A DNA stretch of 64,000 nt from Blepharisma stoltei ATCC 30299 (taxonomy: Eukaryota; Protista; Ciliophora): the NCBI GenBank assembly GCA_965603825.1, contig CBFDEM010000052.1, positions 558,001-622,000 of the forward strand, read 5' to 3'. Of the stretch, positions 24,031-35,612 are shown in pieces; position 1 is the stretch's first letter; the number at the start of each line of letters is the position of its first letter. The position numbers and the translations under genes are program-made. A model generated the notes under the pieces. It was not told where the DNA came from and made no database searches. It was given only the letters and a program-made list of their open reading frames with translations.

Positions 24031-26778
24031 ATGGGAACTGGATGCACAAAACTAAATTACAAACACTTAGTTGAAGTATCTAACCCAAACCTACAACCTA
24101 ATGACAGGACTAACACCCCAAACAATTCTCGGTCTCTTCCTCAGGCAGACTATGCCAAATCTCGGACTACCTCTTTTAAAAAGAAAAAAAGTATGAGCAA
24201 AGACAAAGATTTTTCCTCTTATATAGAAGCTTCTGCAGCTGAAATCGACCCTTATGCCACAAAAACATCAGAAGACAAAGATATGATTTTGACTGCTCTG
24301 AATAGTCACTTTATTTTCACAAGTTTAACTGAAGAAGACAAAGAAATGGTCGCTGAATCAATGCAGCTCTATTTATTTGAGACTGGGGCTATAGTTTTTG
24401 AACAAGAAATGCCTGCACGATCATATTATGTTTTAAGGACTGGGCTATTGGAAGTGTTTGTGAATGGAAAATCAGTCAATAAAATCAAGCCTGGGGAAGG
24501 GTTTGGAGAGCTTGCATTATTGCATGATAACCCTAGAAGCGCCACTGTAAAATGTTCAGCGCCTTCAGGGCTCTGAGGTGTCGAACGACAAACCTTCAGA
24601 AAAGTCATTGAAGAAATGAATACACAAATCTATGAACAAAACCGAGAATTCATAGAAAAAGTCACATTGCTGCAGCCTTTGAATCCTCGGCAAAAGGACT
24701 CATTGGCAGCGTCGCTAGTTATTTATAAATACTATAGTGGCCAAAAAATCATTACAGAAGGAGAAACGGGGCAGCAATTGTTTATTATTAAAGAAGGGAT
24801 TGTGAGTGTACAAAGAGGCAGCCAGGAAATTGCAAGACTACACTCAGGGGGGTATTTTGGAGAAATGGCGCTGCTGAATAATGCACCGAGATCTGCTACA
24901 TGTGTTGCAGTTGATGGGCCTGTTAAGTGCCTAGTTTTAAGTAGAGAAACTCTTCAGAAAAACTTGTCAAATCAGCTACAAGATATTATCGAAAAAAATA
25001 CAATTATGGAAGCTATAAATAAGTCAGAAACCTTATCCTTGCTAAACAAACATCAAAAAGAGCTTATCTGTAAAGATATTGACCACAGAGTCTACAAAGG
25101 AGGAGACGTCGTTATCCCCCAAAGCACCCTCTGCAAGCTAAAACTATATATCGTTATATCAGGCAGACTTCAATATGCAAGAACTTCTCATACCTTTGCA
25201 GATAAAGGGACTTGTGTGGGTGATCAATATATCACTCAGGTTAACCCTGAAGATGTAAAATACGAAGACGATATGATCGCTGCTTCTGACATGAAGGTGG
25301 GAGAACTCACCAAATATAAATTTGAAGTAAGTATTGGTGGGAAATATGAAGATGTTGTAAAAGAAAATGCAGCCACAAATATTTTGCGAAAAGTTTTCCT
25401 ATTTAAAACTCTTGACAGCTCACAGATGAAAGAACTATTCAGCATCATCAACACTGAAAAATTCTCTGACGGCGAAGTAATTTTGCAAGAAAAAAGTCAA
25501 AGCCAGCACATTTTTATAGTGAAAAGAGGAAAAGTTGACATTATGAGAGGAGACGTTATCATAAGAACAGTCACAAAGCACGATTACTTTGGGGAGCGCG
25601 GAATTCTATTTGAAAGTGCTGCTAGTGCTACTTGTCGAGCCAATGGAAACGTCACGCTTTGGGTTATCAATAATAACGACTTTATCAATATTTTGAACGA
25701 AAACATGAGAAAGCAGCTGCTTCATAGAATTCGTATGGAGGATGAAAGAGCAGAGCTTGAAGACCTAGCGATTATAAGGCAAATTGGCAGAGGAATGTTC
25801 GCAAAAGTGTATTTAGTGCATCCCAGAGACTCAAAAAATTTATATGCGCTGAAGGTTGTGGAAAGAAGAGTGATTGAGAAATTCGCAATACAAGAACAGT
25901 TGTTGGTATTCTTTATGTAGCTGGAAAAACATATTTTGAACTTGTGTGACCATCCTTTTATAGTGAAACTTATAAGGACTTATAAAGATTATAAAAGAAT
26001 ATACTTCTTGCTTGAGTATGTTCATGGCATGCAGCTCAGCGAAATTTTAATGAAAATCGGGCTTTTTACAAATAGCGACACACAGTTTTACTTGGGATCT
26101 CTAATCTTGGCCCTTCAATATCTTCATGAGCGAGACATCATATATCGCGATTTAAAGCCTGAAAACATCATGATTAACGATACAGGCTTTATCAAACTAA
26201 TTGATTTTGGCACTGCCAAAATCATCCCATCCCGTACTTATACACTTGTGGGCACTCCTCATTATATGGCCCCAGAAGTGATTGTTGGGAAAGGCTACAA
26301 TAAAAATGCTGACTTATGAAGTCTTGGTGTGTGCATGTATGAGTGCTTATGCGGCCGTGTTCCATTTGGAAATGAAGAAACTGACTGTTATAGAGTCTAT
26401 GAAGAAGTACTTGAAAAAGAAATAGACTGGCCTGATGATATAGACCCTGTCAGCGAAACAGCCAAAAATTTTATAGAGCAGCTTTTAAGTAAATATGCAG
26501 AATCCCGAGCTGGAGGGTCTATTGATAATTTAAAAAAGCATGAGTGGTTCACTGGGTATGACTGAGATAACTTAATTAATGAAGCTGTAATACCTCCATA
26601 TACACCAAATTTAGGCGAAAAAACTGAAGATTTGCAGAATAATGCTGGGCATGTGTATATGTGGGATGCGCCACTGGATAATGAAAGTGAGGAGGAAGAG
26701 TCGCTGCCTGATATTTCTGATACAGAACTGGAAGCATATAAAAAAAGTATTCCTGAAAACTGGGATGAAGGTTTTTAA
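24031..26778 (+). CDS. PKG: cGMP-dependent protein kinase, alveolate type (N-acylated, 4 cNMP-binding domains), 910 aa
   Basis: MGTGC acylation motif; FGELALL..PRSAT and related repeats; kinase [29 protein letters not shown](TGA)-SLG; 15-nt intron 25906-25920; ends WDEGF-TAA. Confidence 0.93.
25906..25920 (+). other. 15-nt spliceosomal intron (PKG)
   Basis: gtattctttatgtag; removal deletes an in-frame TAG and restores helix C QEQLL-LEKHIL. Confidence 0.92.
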
Positions 26779-26882
26779 TATATTATCTAATCAAGCAAGA
26801 AGTTATGAAAATTTTACCTTAATTAGTAATATCGATTTCAGTTTATAATTGATAAGTGGGCTAATTTATAGTTTACTATAAT

Positions 26883-28019
26883 CTACAGTGACCCAGAAAT
26901 TTCTTCATGATCTATTTTTTCTTCCTCTTCTTGGCTTTCTCGCTGTTCTTCAATTTGCACAGGCTCTGGCGCTACTTTATTATCGCTCCCACAGCACAAG
27001 CAAGCAGAAATAAAGCTGTGGTGTTCTTTTAAGCTAAAATAAATAACAGTCCTTCTACATTGCACAGCAAGCATAGAATTACGTGCTAAATGTATCGATT
27101 TTTTGGCTAAAATAAGTGTCCCGAATTTAGAAGCGTTATCTTCTAAATAGAAGCTTTTTCCTATAAATCTTATAGAGGAATGGCACCTTGATACTGAAAT
27201 ATCAGCAAAACTTATATCATTATCATGGCTTCTCCCAATAGTCAAGCATAAATTGTCAAATGCAGAAATTACCCACAAACAATAATCATTGTTTTTTTCT
27301 CCCTTTAGATCTAATAGGATTATATAAGGACCTAATGGCTTGTTGACCTCAATTATATTGTACTGCTTGCTGTTTACTTTTAGGCTTGATGGGTAGCTGT
27401 CTTTACAGATCTCACAATGAAGCTGATGCCATTTGTAGCAAACTGAGTTGTTGTGTTCAGATACATTGACTTTTCCTTTTAGCCACGTTTGAAGACACTT
27501 ATAATGAATCCACTTCATCGATCCAGAACAGCTGCAAGGTGAAATTAATGGGTTTTCGTCAGTATACATTTCGCTTAAACAAAATCTACACACAGAGCCT
27601 TCAGATGATTTTTCATTAATCGTTGCTTTGGTTTCTTCTTTGGAACAAGAGTTTTCTATGCTATTAATTTCCTTTACTTTCATACGGATTCTACCAAATT
27701 TAATCATATCACCTTCACTCAACTTGTAGCCAGGATTTCCAAGATCTGTATATAATTCTTTTACAACAAGCCAAAACCGCTCTTGGTTTGAAGGATGAAT
27801 AATAAATTCCTTATTGGATTCGGTTATTTGAGCTAAAATTCCTTCTTGAGGAGATAGTGAAGGAGGAAGAAATTTGCATTCTTCTCCTATTTGTACAACT
27901 GAGCCTGATACAAGTGTTTTAAAAGCGCTTGATTGAGTGTTCTTAGATTCATAGTCAAATAAACCGTGAGAATCCCGCTTCCAAGTATGAGTTTTTATTG
28001 ATAGAGGAAGGTTTGTCAT
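26883..28019 (-). CDS. RINGv (C4HC3) + FHA domain protein
   Basis: CRFC...PLISPCSCSGSMKWIHYKCLQTW...CEIC; FHA GRSHDND....DISVSRCH...DNASKFGT. Confidence 0.92.
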   Translation of the reverse strand: MTNLPLSIKTHTWKRDSHGLFDYESKNTQSSAFKTLVSGSVVQIGEECKFLPPSLSPQEGILAQITESNKEFIIHPSNQERFWLVVKELYTDLGNPGYKLSEGDMIKFGRIRMKVKEINSIENSCSKEETKATINEKSSEGSVCRFCLSEMYTDENPLISPCSCSGSMKWIHYKCLQTWLKGKVNVSEHNNSVCYKWHQLHCEICKDSYPSSLKVNSKQYNIIEVNKPLGPYIILLDLKGEKNNDYCLWVISAFDNLCLTIGRSHDNDISFADISVSRCHSSIRFIGKSFYLEDNASKFGTLILAKKSIHLARNSMLAVQCRRTVIYFSLKEHHSFISACLCCGSDNKVAPEPVQIEEQRESQEEEEKIDHEEISGSL

Positions 28020-28477
28020 TTTTTGTTAATATATTTATGTATTATAGCATAAGTTTTGAGTTGGTTGGAAGGCATAATTTTTAGCATAACCCAGCAGTGG
28101 TTAAAGAGAATTAGGCTATTTATAAGGACTTCTGCCTTCCAAGTTCAATCCAAAGCTGGACCTAGGGATTGTACAGCAATTATTGAAGTTTAATAAAAAT
28201 CAATAAATAAAATTTCAAATATAAAATAACTCTGAAAAATTTTATATTAAAATAAAATACTTGCAAAGCAAAATAATATAAAAATCGAATTTATTATAAA
28301 CTTCTCTACTAATTTAGTCAAAATAGCCAATTTAATCAATATTTAATGAACTTTAAAATTCAGTTGAAAAGATGAACATTAATTAATTTATTCAAGAAAG
28401 CTCACTTTTTCAAAGAAATGCTTGCATAATTGACTAAAATAGAGCGTAATAGCCTGATGAAGCATAGTTAATATCCC

Positions 28478-28483
28478 AAAAAA
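28478..28483 (-). terminator. RNA polymerase III terminator (T6) of the 5S gene
   Basis: A6 on the plus strand, 3-4 nt beyond the 5S 3' end. Confidence 0.8.
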
Positions 28484-28486
28484 GTT

Positions 28487-28606
28487 TAGCTGTCAGCACG
28501 AGGGCTTCCCTGGCGGTCCCCCACCCAAGTACTAACCTCGCCTTATGCCGCTTAACTTCAGAGTTCGGATGGGATCTGGTGCGTTAGGCATAGTATGGCC
28601 GACAAC
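28487..28606 (-). rRNA. 5S ribosomal RNA (single dispersed copy)
   Basis: Reverse complement GTTGTCGGCCATACTATGCCTAACGCACCAGATCCCATCCGAACTCTGAAGTTAAGCGG...GGTTAGTACTTGGGTGGGGGACCGCCAGGGAAG...CTGACAGCT; about 120 nt, paired ends, ciliate-type 5S. Confidence 0.97.
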
Positions 28607-28867
28607 GAGAAATTATCTTTTCAGATCCTTAAATACCTCTTCTCAATATCTAATTTTTAAATTCGCGACTCATAAATTATATTTTATTTTAAACCAATAT
28701 ATATTATTATCCTTTATATATCCTAAATACCCAAATACCTCAGATTGATTTTTTATTTCTCTAAACCATAAGGATCAAGTTAGAGGTAATCTACCTATAA
28801 AATAAGCCTTTTGTTACCAGTTAAATTGTTTTTCTCAAAATTTTGAACTTTTATTTAATAATCTAAA

Positions 28868-29212
28868 ATGGATCCAGATTATTTTTTACCAAAAGCCTTC
28901 CTCTGTGGTGCCGGGATCTCAGCACTATGCTCCTTCTCGAGACCAGACGTGAATTTTCCTCTATTTTTATTCGCATGGCTTATATGGAAAGATAAAGGCG
29001 AGCGCATAAAAATTTTCGGACTTTTATTGATAACCTTGATTATTGACTTGGTCTGGCTTATCTTTTGGGGCCCAAAGTGGAGCTCAGACAGAGATGTGGA
29101 GCGAGGAGTTCATGGATTTGTGCTGGCGATGTCAAGTTTGCTGTTTATTTACAAGCTATTGCTGACTGGAGCTGTTTTCCATTACGAAAAGCATAACTTT
29201 TTCTCACGCTAA
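28868..29212 (+). CDS. Small multi-pass membrane protein, 114 aa
   Basis: Clean ATG..TAA ORF with 3-4 hydrophobic helices (RPDVNFPLFLFAW, LLITLIIDLVW). Confidence 0.75.
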   Translation: MDPDYFLPKAFLCGAGISALCSFSRPDVNFPLFLFAWLIWKDKGERIKIFGLLLITLIIDLVWLIFWGPKWSSDRDVERGVHGFVLAMSSLLFIYKLLLTGAVFHYEKHNFFSR

Positions 29213-29315
29213 CTAATCTATTTAAATGCTAATTATTTTACATTCAAACATCATTGTCTTCTTTTGCCTAGGCATCAATGAGAAATTTATTATTATATCG
29301 AAAAAAATTTAATAT

Positions 29316-31589
29316 TTAACTGTTGCTAGCGTCTGACTGCTTTCTTTTAATTGCAATATCAGAAGTCCCTAGAATTTGCCGCTTTTCGACTTCAAAAGAT
29401 TTAGACACTGCACTGCTGTATCCAACTGTCGATCTTCTAGCTTTTCCTTTATCCTCCCAATGATTATAATTCGCTTTCATTTGGTCCAAGCATGACCTTG
29501 TAATTGTATCTGACCTTAAAAACTGGCATCATACATCAAACAGCGGAATACAAATATTTTTCAAAAATCCAGCTTGGCTTTTAGGGATATCAGCGTTTTC
29601 TCTGTCACAGTACATAGAAATCGGCTGCCTTCTTGACCTTTCAATATCTCCTTGTTTATAAAATTCTTCGCATACTAAATCTGTCCATTTTTCATGCAAT
29701 TCTTTAATTTTTGCACTGTGCCCTATATCTGCACATTTCAGCCCCATCGCCAAAATTAGTGTTTTGTCATCTTGATTGTCCAAATTTAGATCAGAAAGAC
29801 TTAAAGCTCTAGTTCTGAACCTCCCCAGAATCTCAAAATGTCTTGACATGTCAGTTTCAAGGACCATTTCAATTATTAATTTTCTCGATTTAACCCAGTC
29901 ATCACTAGATAATTTTTCAAAAATATTGCAGCCTGTTTTTCCCATAATACTAAAAATCTTAAAACAATGCATGTTTTCTAATACACTTATGTCATTATAT
30001 TGGATTGCTATTTCGTCTCTATTGTTTACTAAGAATCTATTTGTCAGTCCTGGATGACCTACATCGTGGCCTAATGATGCAACTAAAGAAGAAATTGTGT
30101 CAAGCGGGCTCAAATTTCTGAGGAATTCTCCATTAAAATAAAAAAATAAAAGAGTGTGCAGCACATCAGCAGCATGGCACGCATTGTGATATGGATTATG
30201 GTTATACCCCTAAATAGCTATTACTTTTTCCAATGTCTGGAAATACTTGTCACATACGTCTTCTGGTATGTTAAAAGCCTCAATTAAATTTCACTTTTTA
30301 AAAAAATATTTTGCTATAATAAAAATGCTATGTCCAGTTGTATTATATACAAACCAGATATCAAAATTCCAGTTTTTTCCAACAGAAAAAAGCACGCTTT
30401 CCAGCTCAGCGACTCCGTAGCTATGAAAAGGAAAATCGGTTTCCTTTTCTGTTATATCGCTCATTGTTACTTTTCGTTCATTATTGCGGTCTCTTGTGCT
30501 TTCAATAGTGACATTCATGTAATTTTCTCTGATAAATGCTTTATCCTGCTCATCAATATTCATATGGGTTTCTATTTTTACATCGTCAAAAAATGATCCG
30601 TGAGCGATTCTCCTTTTGACTTTTTCTATTAATCCCATGGTCTGTTTTAGTCTTTTTTTGACGTCTTTAAATATGATGACATGGTAGGCATATTTAAGCT
30701 CTTGCTTTATTTTGTCGCATGAACTTATAAGGATTTCAGTTTCTGATTTAATGTCAGGTTTATTGGTGTTTTCATCAACTTTTAGATCGTGCTCGATGCC
30801 TTCTTCTTCTTTTTCTTTTCTTCAGAACAGCTGCCGAGTTCTGAAATCAATTTTTTGAGAGTCGAGGATTTGGAGCACAAAAAATAATGCGATAAGTGAA
30901 AATTCACTTAGAGTGGAGTATGTTGATAGTCGGGAATAGCCAACTTCTAGTCCTAAAAATAAAATTAAAGCATAAGTTGCTAAGATTACTAAATAGTAAA
31001 AGCATTCAAATAGAACTAGCCTCATCAAAACCAAAAAACACACAATACCTATCGATGTCGGCAGGCGGCTGCTAGTATGATTAGAATCTGTAATTTCTGA
31101 TAAAACTCGGTGATCTCCCACTATCAAATAACTCAAAAAAGCCAAGCCCAGCATCAAAAAAAATACTCTGTTTTTCATAAGAAACCATTGTTTTTTATAT
31201 ATACAGATCAGCCAGATATACGAAACCAAAGTTATCCCACCTAAGCAAATTAGGTGGAAAACCAGCTGAATATCTGACAGATTTCCTTCTGAATGTAGTA
31301 ATAAAGCAGTTGTAATCAGTATGACTATATATATTGACAAAAATAGGTAAAACATCAATAAATTGCTTTTAAACTCTGCAGAAGGCTTTGAAATTTCATC
31401 TTTGCATGTGTACAAGGTTTGGATGTATTTCTGGTTTAAAGCTTTGTCAGCGAAATTTAATAAATTGGGACTGACTGGAAGATAAGATACCTCGCGCTCC
31501 TCGTGCTGCAAAATACTATAAACTGGAGAATTGCTTTGTTTTGATATTGGATTCTCGGCGAAATTCATATCAAGGACCTTTGAAGACAT
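29316..31589 (-). CDS. Membrane-anchored class I 3',5'-cyclic nucleotide phosphodiesterase, 752 aa
   Basis: About 6 N-terminal TM helices; NPYHNACHAADVLH, HDVGHPGLTNRFL, LENMH, TDMSRH, KCADIGH, EFYKQGD; TGA at 30822, 30291, 29529; 15-nt intron 30210-30224. Confidence 0.93.
30210..30224 (-). other. 15-nt intron (PDE)
   Basis: gtaatagctatttag; removal gives TLEK-GYNHNPYHN. Confidence 0.92.
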
Positions 31590-32049
31590 TAGAATTTTAT
31601 TAATTTTATTTGGAAGATTAACAGATTTAATTGAGGGTTAGTTTATCGATGCAGAAGGTTATGAAATTATTTGGCAGGATTAATTGATAGTAAAATGGAA
31701 ATAGATAAGCTGCTTAAATATTGGATTATTTAAGTGGATTTTCTTTTGAAAAATCCTTAATCAAGGTGCTAATATTTAAGGAGATTTATGATTTGCAGTT
31801 TTAAGTTATAATTATTATATTATCAGAAAATGAATTTATTGATTAAAATGATTTAGACAAAATAAATTGCTTCATAGTTGATAATTCCATTAGTAAATCT
31901 TGCCATAGAATTCCCTAACACTTATCTATTTTAGTTTAATACTCATAAACAAGAATAAATAAATATTTCTTATCTTATTTAGTGTTTTTTCTTAAAAATT
32001 CCTACTAATTTGCTAATAAATCCAGATTCTATTAAAAGGCTGTAATAAA

Positions 32050-33309
32050 ATGGATGCGCAACCTGGAAACCTAGAAGAGACTAAGACTGATGTTGTAGTC
32101 ACAACCTCTGAAGATGGTGAAAACGTTTACGCATCCGATAAGTCCTGGACTGATCTGCTCATTGAAGAGTCCATCATTAGGAATTTGCATCTAAAATCTT
32201 GGCTGAAGCCTACATTCATTCAAGGTGCAGCCATCCCCACCATCATGAAAGGCCGAAACATCGTTGCGCAGTCCAAAAATGGCACAGGCAAAACAGGTGC
32301 ATTTGTGATAGGCTCATTATCAATGATTGATAAGGATTTCCCACCTCTTCAAGCAATCTGCATTTCCCATACTCGTGAACTCAATCAGCAGAACTACAAC
32401 GTCTATTTATCCATTGCCAATGAAACTGGCATCTCAGTCGGAATTATCCAGAAAGGTGACAGAGACATTCCTCGATGTCATGTATTGTGCACCACACAAG
32501 GAAGCTTGCTGAAGCTTCTCAAGGAAAAAGAGCCAAGAGTGTTCGACAACGTAAAGGTAATTGTGTACGACGAAGCAGATATGATGTTCCAGCACGAAGA
32601 CAACATCAGAATTATACGAGAAGTTCGTAAAAGACTGAGAGACACCCAACAAGTCCTTTTTTCAGCGACTTTTGATGAGAAAGTGATGAAATTTATCAAT
32701 GAGCAAATTCCTAATCCAGTTACCATCAGGATTGAAAATGTTGAAGACTTGACTTTGGAAAATGTAGACCAATACGTGATTCAATGCGAGCACCAACAAA
32801 AGTTCAATACTGTCGTAGACATTGTCAGGAGGGTCCCATTTAGGATGTGTATTATCTTTTGTAATACAAAAGATTATATTCATAGATTACATCAACATTT
32901 AGGAGCACAAGGATTCAGAGCTCACGTCATTGCAGCTGGAATTGTAGACGAGTCTGTCAGAGATGAAGTTATTAAGAAAATCCAAGGAGGAGATGTCAGC
33001 ATTTTGCTATCAACAAATGTCCTCAGCCGAGGTGTCGATTTCAGACTGGTAAGCTTGGTTATTAACATGGACCCACCAACTTATAAGGAAGGGGAAGTAT
33101 TTTTGCCAGACCCAGTTACTTATTTGCATAGGGTTGGGAGAACAGGAAGATATGGAAGAAGAGGAGTCGCTGTAAACTTGGTGACAAATGCAGAAAGCCA
33201 AACAGTCTTTAGGACAATTCAGGAGTATTATCATAAGGCCATGTCGGGAACCACAATAGATGCACTAGTACAAAGAATGGAAGAAGTTAAAGCAGATTAC
33301 AACGTTTAA
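32050..33309 (+). CDS. DBP5: DEAD-box RNA helicase Dbp5/DDX19
   Basis: AQSKNGTGKT, DEADMM, LFSATF, TNVLSRGVD, YLHRVGRTGRYGRRG. Confidence 0.88.
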   Translation: MDAQPGNLEETKTDVVVTTSEDGENVYASDKSWTDLLIEESIIRNLHLKSWLKPTFIQGAAIPTIMKGRNIVAQSKNGTGKTGAFVIGSLSMIDKDFPPLQAICISHTRELNQQNYNVYLSIANETGISVGIIQKGDRDIPRCHVLCTTQGSLLKLLKEKEPRVFDNVKVIVYDEADMMFQHEDNIRIIREVRKRLRDTQQVLFSATFDEKVMKFINEQIPNPVTIRIENVEDLTLENVDQYVIQCEHQQKFNTVVDIVRRVPFRMCIIFCNTKDYIHRLHQHLGAQGFRAHVIAAGIVDESVRDEVIKKIQGGDVSILLSTNVLSRGVDFRLVSLVINMDPPTYKEGEVFLPDPVTYLHRVGRTGRYGRRGVAVNLVTNAESQTVFRTIQEYYHKAMSGTTIDALVQRMEEVKADYNV

Positions 33310-33555
33310 TCTAACATTTAGTTATAAATAATGCCTAGATTAATATATTTTATTTTAAGATTTAAAATTATAAAATTCTTATGCTTAAAGTGCCCTAGAA
33401 ACTTCTTTAAAATTATTAGAGGTTATACATTAACTTAAGCTTTATTTGAATAAATCATACATATAGGCTACCAGAGCTGACCCTTAGGAAAAATTCGTTA
33501 TTCTAATTATTCGCAAACAAGTAAAAAAGTTTACTGAAAAATTAAATAAAAAATA

Positions 33556-34368
33556 ATGGAAGGTAGAATTTTTGTTGATACGCAATCTGCAAATGACATG
33601 CTAAATAGCGACTCAGCATACATTATTGATTCAACTCTCCTAAATAATGAAGACTCAAGACGCAAATTTATCCAATGCCGAATAAGAGGTGCTAAATATT
33701 TTAACATTACAGAAATCAGAGATACAACTGCTTCAATATCATTAGCTTGGCCTACAGCAGCTCAATTTGCTGAAGCAATGGTAAAAATTGAGATCCCGAA
33801 TAATGGGAAAAGTGTCATTGTTTATGATCAAACCGGAATTGGAACTGCTTCCAGAGCATGGGTAATGCTAAAATATTTTGGCTATCCAAATGTTTTCATT
33901 CTTGACGGCGGACTTCCTAAATGGCTATCAGAAAGAAGACCCACTGATACTGGAGAATATCTAATAACCCACTCACTGCCAGTAAACCCATTTCACTATA
34001 TAACCTCTGAACATCACGAAATGAGAGCCCTCATAAACACCGTTGAACAAGTTGTAAATCAGCTAAAAAACGGAGATTTAAGCACTACCATTTGGGACGC
34101 TCGACCTCCTAATACATTCCAAAATGGCAGCGTCCCTGGCGCAATAAATTTCTCAGCCTCAAATTTTTTTAACGACGATAAAACAGTCAAATCCCAAGAT
34201 GAAGTCCGTTCCCTTCATTCCCAAAATGGCTTGTCCAATGGAGTTATAACTTCCTGTTTTAAAGGAAATTTCGCTTCATTAGCATATGTATTGCAAAAAT
34301 ACGCGGGAAATGATAACGTTCGGGTCTATACAGGGTCATACGAAGAGTGGAAAAAGCTTAAAGGTTAA
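33556..34368 (+). CDS. Two-domain rhodanese / mercaptopyruvate sulfurtransferase
   Basis: RIRGAKYF, ASRAWVMLKYFG, LDGGLPKW, DAR, VPGAIN, TSCFKG, YTGSYEEW. Confidence 0.9.
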   Translation: MEGRIFVDTQSANDMLNSDSAYIIDSTLLNNEDSRRKFIQCRIRGAKYFNITEIRDTTASISLAWPTAAQFAEAMVKIEIPNNGKSVIVYDQTGIGTASRAWVMLKYFGYPNVFILDGGLPKWLSERRPTDTGEYLITHSLPVNPFHYITSEHHEMRALINTVEQVVNQLKNGDLSTTIWDARPPNTFQNGSVPGAINFSASNFFNDDKTVKSQDEVRSLHSQNGLSNGVITSCFKGNFASLAYVLQKYAGNDNVRVYTGSYEEWKKLKG

Positions 34369-34409
34369 ATTTTTCATTAAAAAGTGTAAATGCTTCTCCA
34401 TATTTCTCT

Positions 34410-35612
34410 ATGTCAAAGCCAATTTTTATTCTCTTCACGTTGGCTTTACTGCTTGGAATTATTTCAGGGGATACAATTGTAAGCGTGGTGTCGACTTTTC
34501 GACATGGGGCAAGATCGCCTATAGATAAATCATCATGGGACTTAGGAGTGTGGCCTCAAGGATATGGCGAATTAACTCCTGAAGGGTATAGGCAACATTA
34601 TTTGAATGGGAAGGAAATGGCTTATAGGTATATAGAGCAAGCTCAGCTGATAAGCCCAAAGTTTAGCGTTTCTGAGATTTACATTCGATCAACTGATTTG
34701 AATCGAACTGTAATGAGTGTGCAAAGCCAACTATATGGAATGTTCTCAAATGGTCCTCAACTCGCACAGACAGCATTCAATCAAAAAGCAGTTCCTCCAC
34801 TCCTCAATGTTCAAAACCAGCAGCAAGCTATTACAGCATTAGGAGAACATGCACTTCCTAATGGTTACCAGCCAGTTCCAGTTCATGTTGTCTCAGCAAG
34901 TTATGATAACATGCTGGTCGGAAGCTCAATTGCAGCGTGTCCTAGAATGGCAGAAATTCTGCAGGCGCAGCAACAAACTGATATTTACAAACAAAAAGTT
35001 GCAGCTTATACCCAAGGGCTACAAAAACAAATATCTCAAGTTTTTGGGATAACTGTTTCCTATGAAGTCGCAGGATATATGGCCGACACATTGACTACTG
35101 ACAAGTTTCATAAGTTTGACTGGCCTCCAGGAGTTACTGACGAAATGTATTATCAAATGTATGGAAATCAGAACTATACAAACAGCTATTTTTATACACC
35201 TGAAGCCTCAAGCTTGGCTGGGTCTCAATTTTTCCAAGCCATTTTAGACCAGTTTGATGGGACTATCAGCGGTACATCCACAAGGAAATTTGGATTTTAT
35301 TCAGCCCATGATACAACACTTATAGCATTTTTAAATTTCCTTGGAGTTTTTGATGGGAATAACCCTATTTATGCGTCCACTTTGATTTTTGAGCTTCATA
35401 ACAATAATAATGCCTATGCTGTCCACATTTCTTATAATGGTGCCTCAATTCTACTTGATGGGTGCGTAGATCCGTGCCCTTATGCAACATTTAAAGAAAT
35501 GATGCAGGAAAAAATCATTGCTAATGTAACGGAAGCCTGCCAGTTGCAGAATGATGAAGCTGAGCTGAGTTATAATTATAACCCCTACCTTGATATCAAC
35601 GCTTTATCATAA
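34410..35612 (+). CDS. Secreted/lysosomal histidine acid phosphatase
   Basis: Signal peptide; RHGARSP, GELTPEG, RSTDLNRT, YSAHDTT. Confidence 0.93.
   Translation: MSKPIFILFTLALLLGIISGDTIVSVVSTFRHGARSPIDKSSWDLGVWPQGYGELTPEGYRQHYLNGKEMAYRYIEQAQLISPKFSVSEIYIRSTDLNRTVMSVQSQLYGMFSNGPQLAQTAFNQKAVPPLLNVQNQQQAITALGEHALPNGYQPVPVHVVSASYDNMLVGSSIAACPRMAEILQAQQQTDIYKQKVAAYTQGLQKQISQVFGITVSYEVAGYMADTLTTDKFHKFDWPPGVTDEMYYQMYGNQNYTNSYFYTPEASSLAGSQFFQAILDQFDGTISGTSTRKFGFYSAHDTTLIAFLNFLGVFDGNNPIYASTLIFELHNNNNAYAVHISYNGASILLDGCVDPCPYATFKEMMQEKIIANVTEACQLQNDEAELSYNYNPYLDINALS

Noticed and set aside
28545-28748. 67-aa ORF
   Set aside because: Antisense to the 5S rRNA gene and runs into AT-rich promoter DNA.
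29230-29320. Coding-looking tail after the PDE stop, possible retained IES or long intron
   Set aside because: No 15/16-nt intron or TA-bounded excision gives a convincing extension; the PDE is already complete.
31913-31920. Single CCCTAACA, identical to the heterotrich telomere unit
   Set aside because: One 8-mer; about one such match is expected by chance in 64 kb on two strands; no tandem copies.
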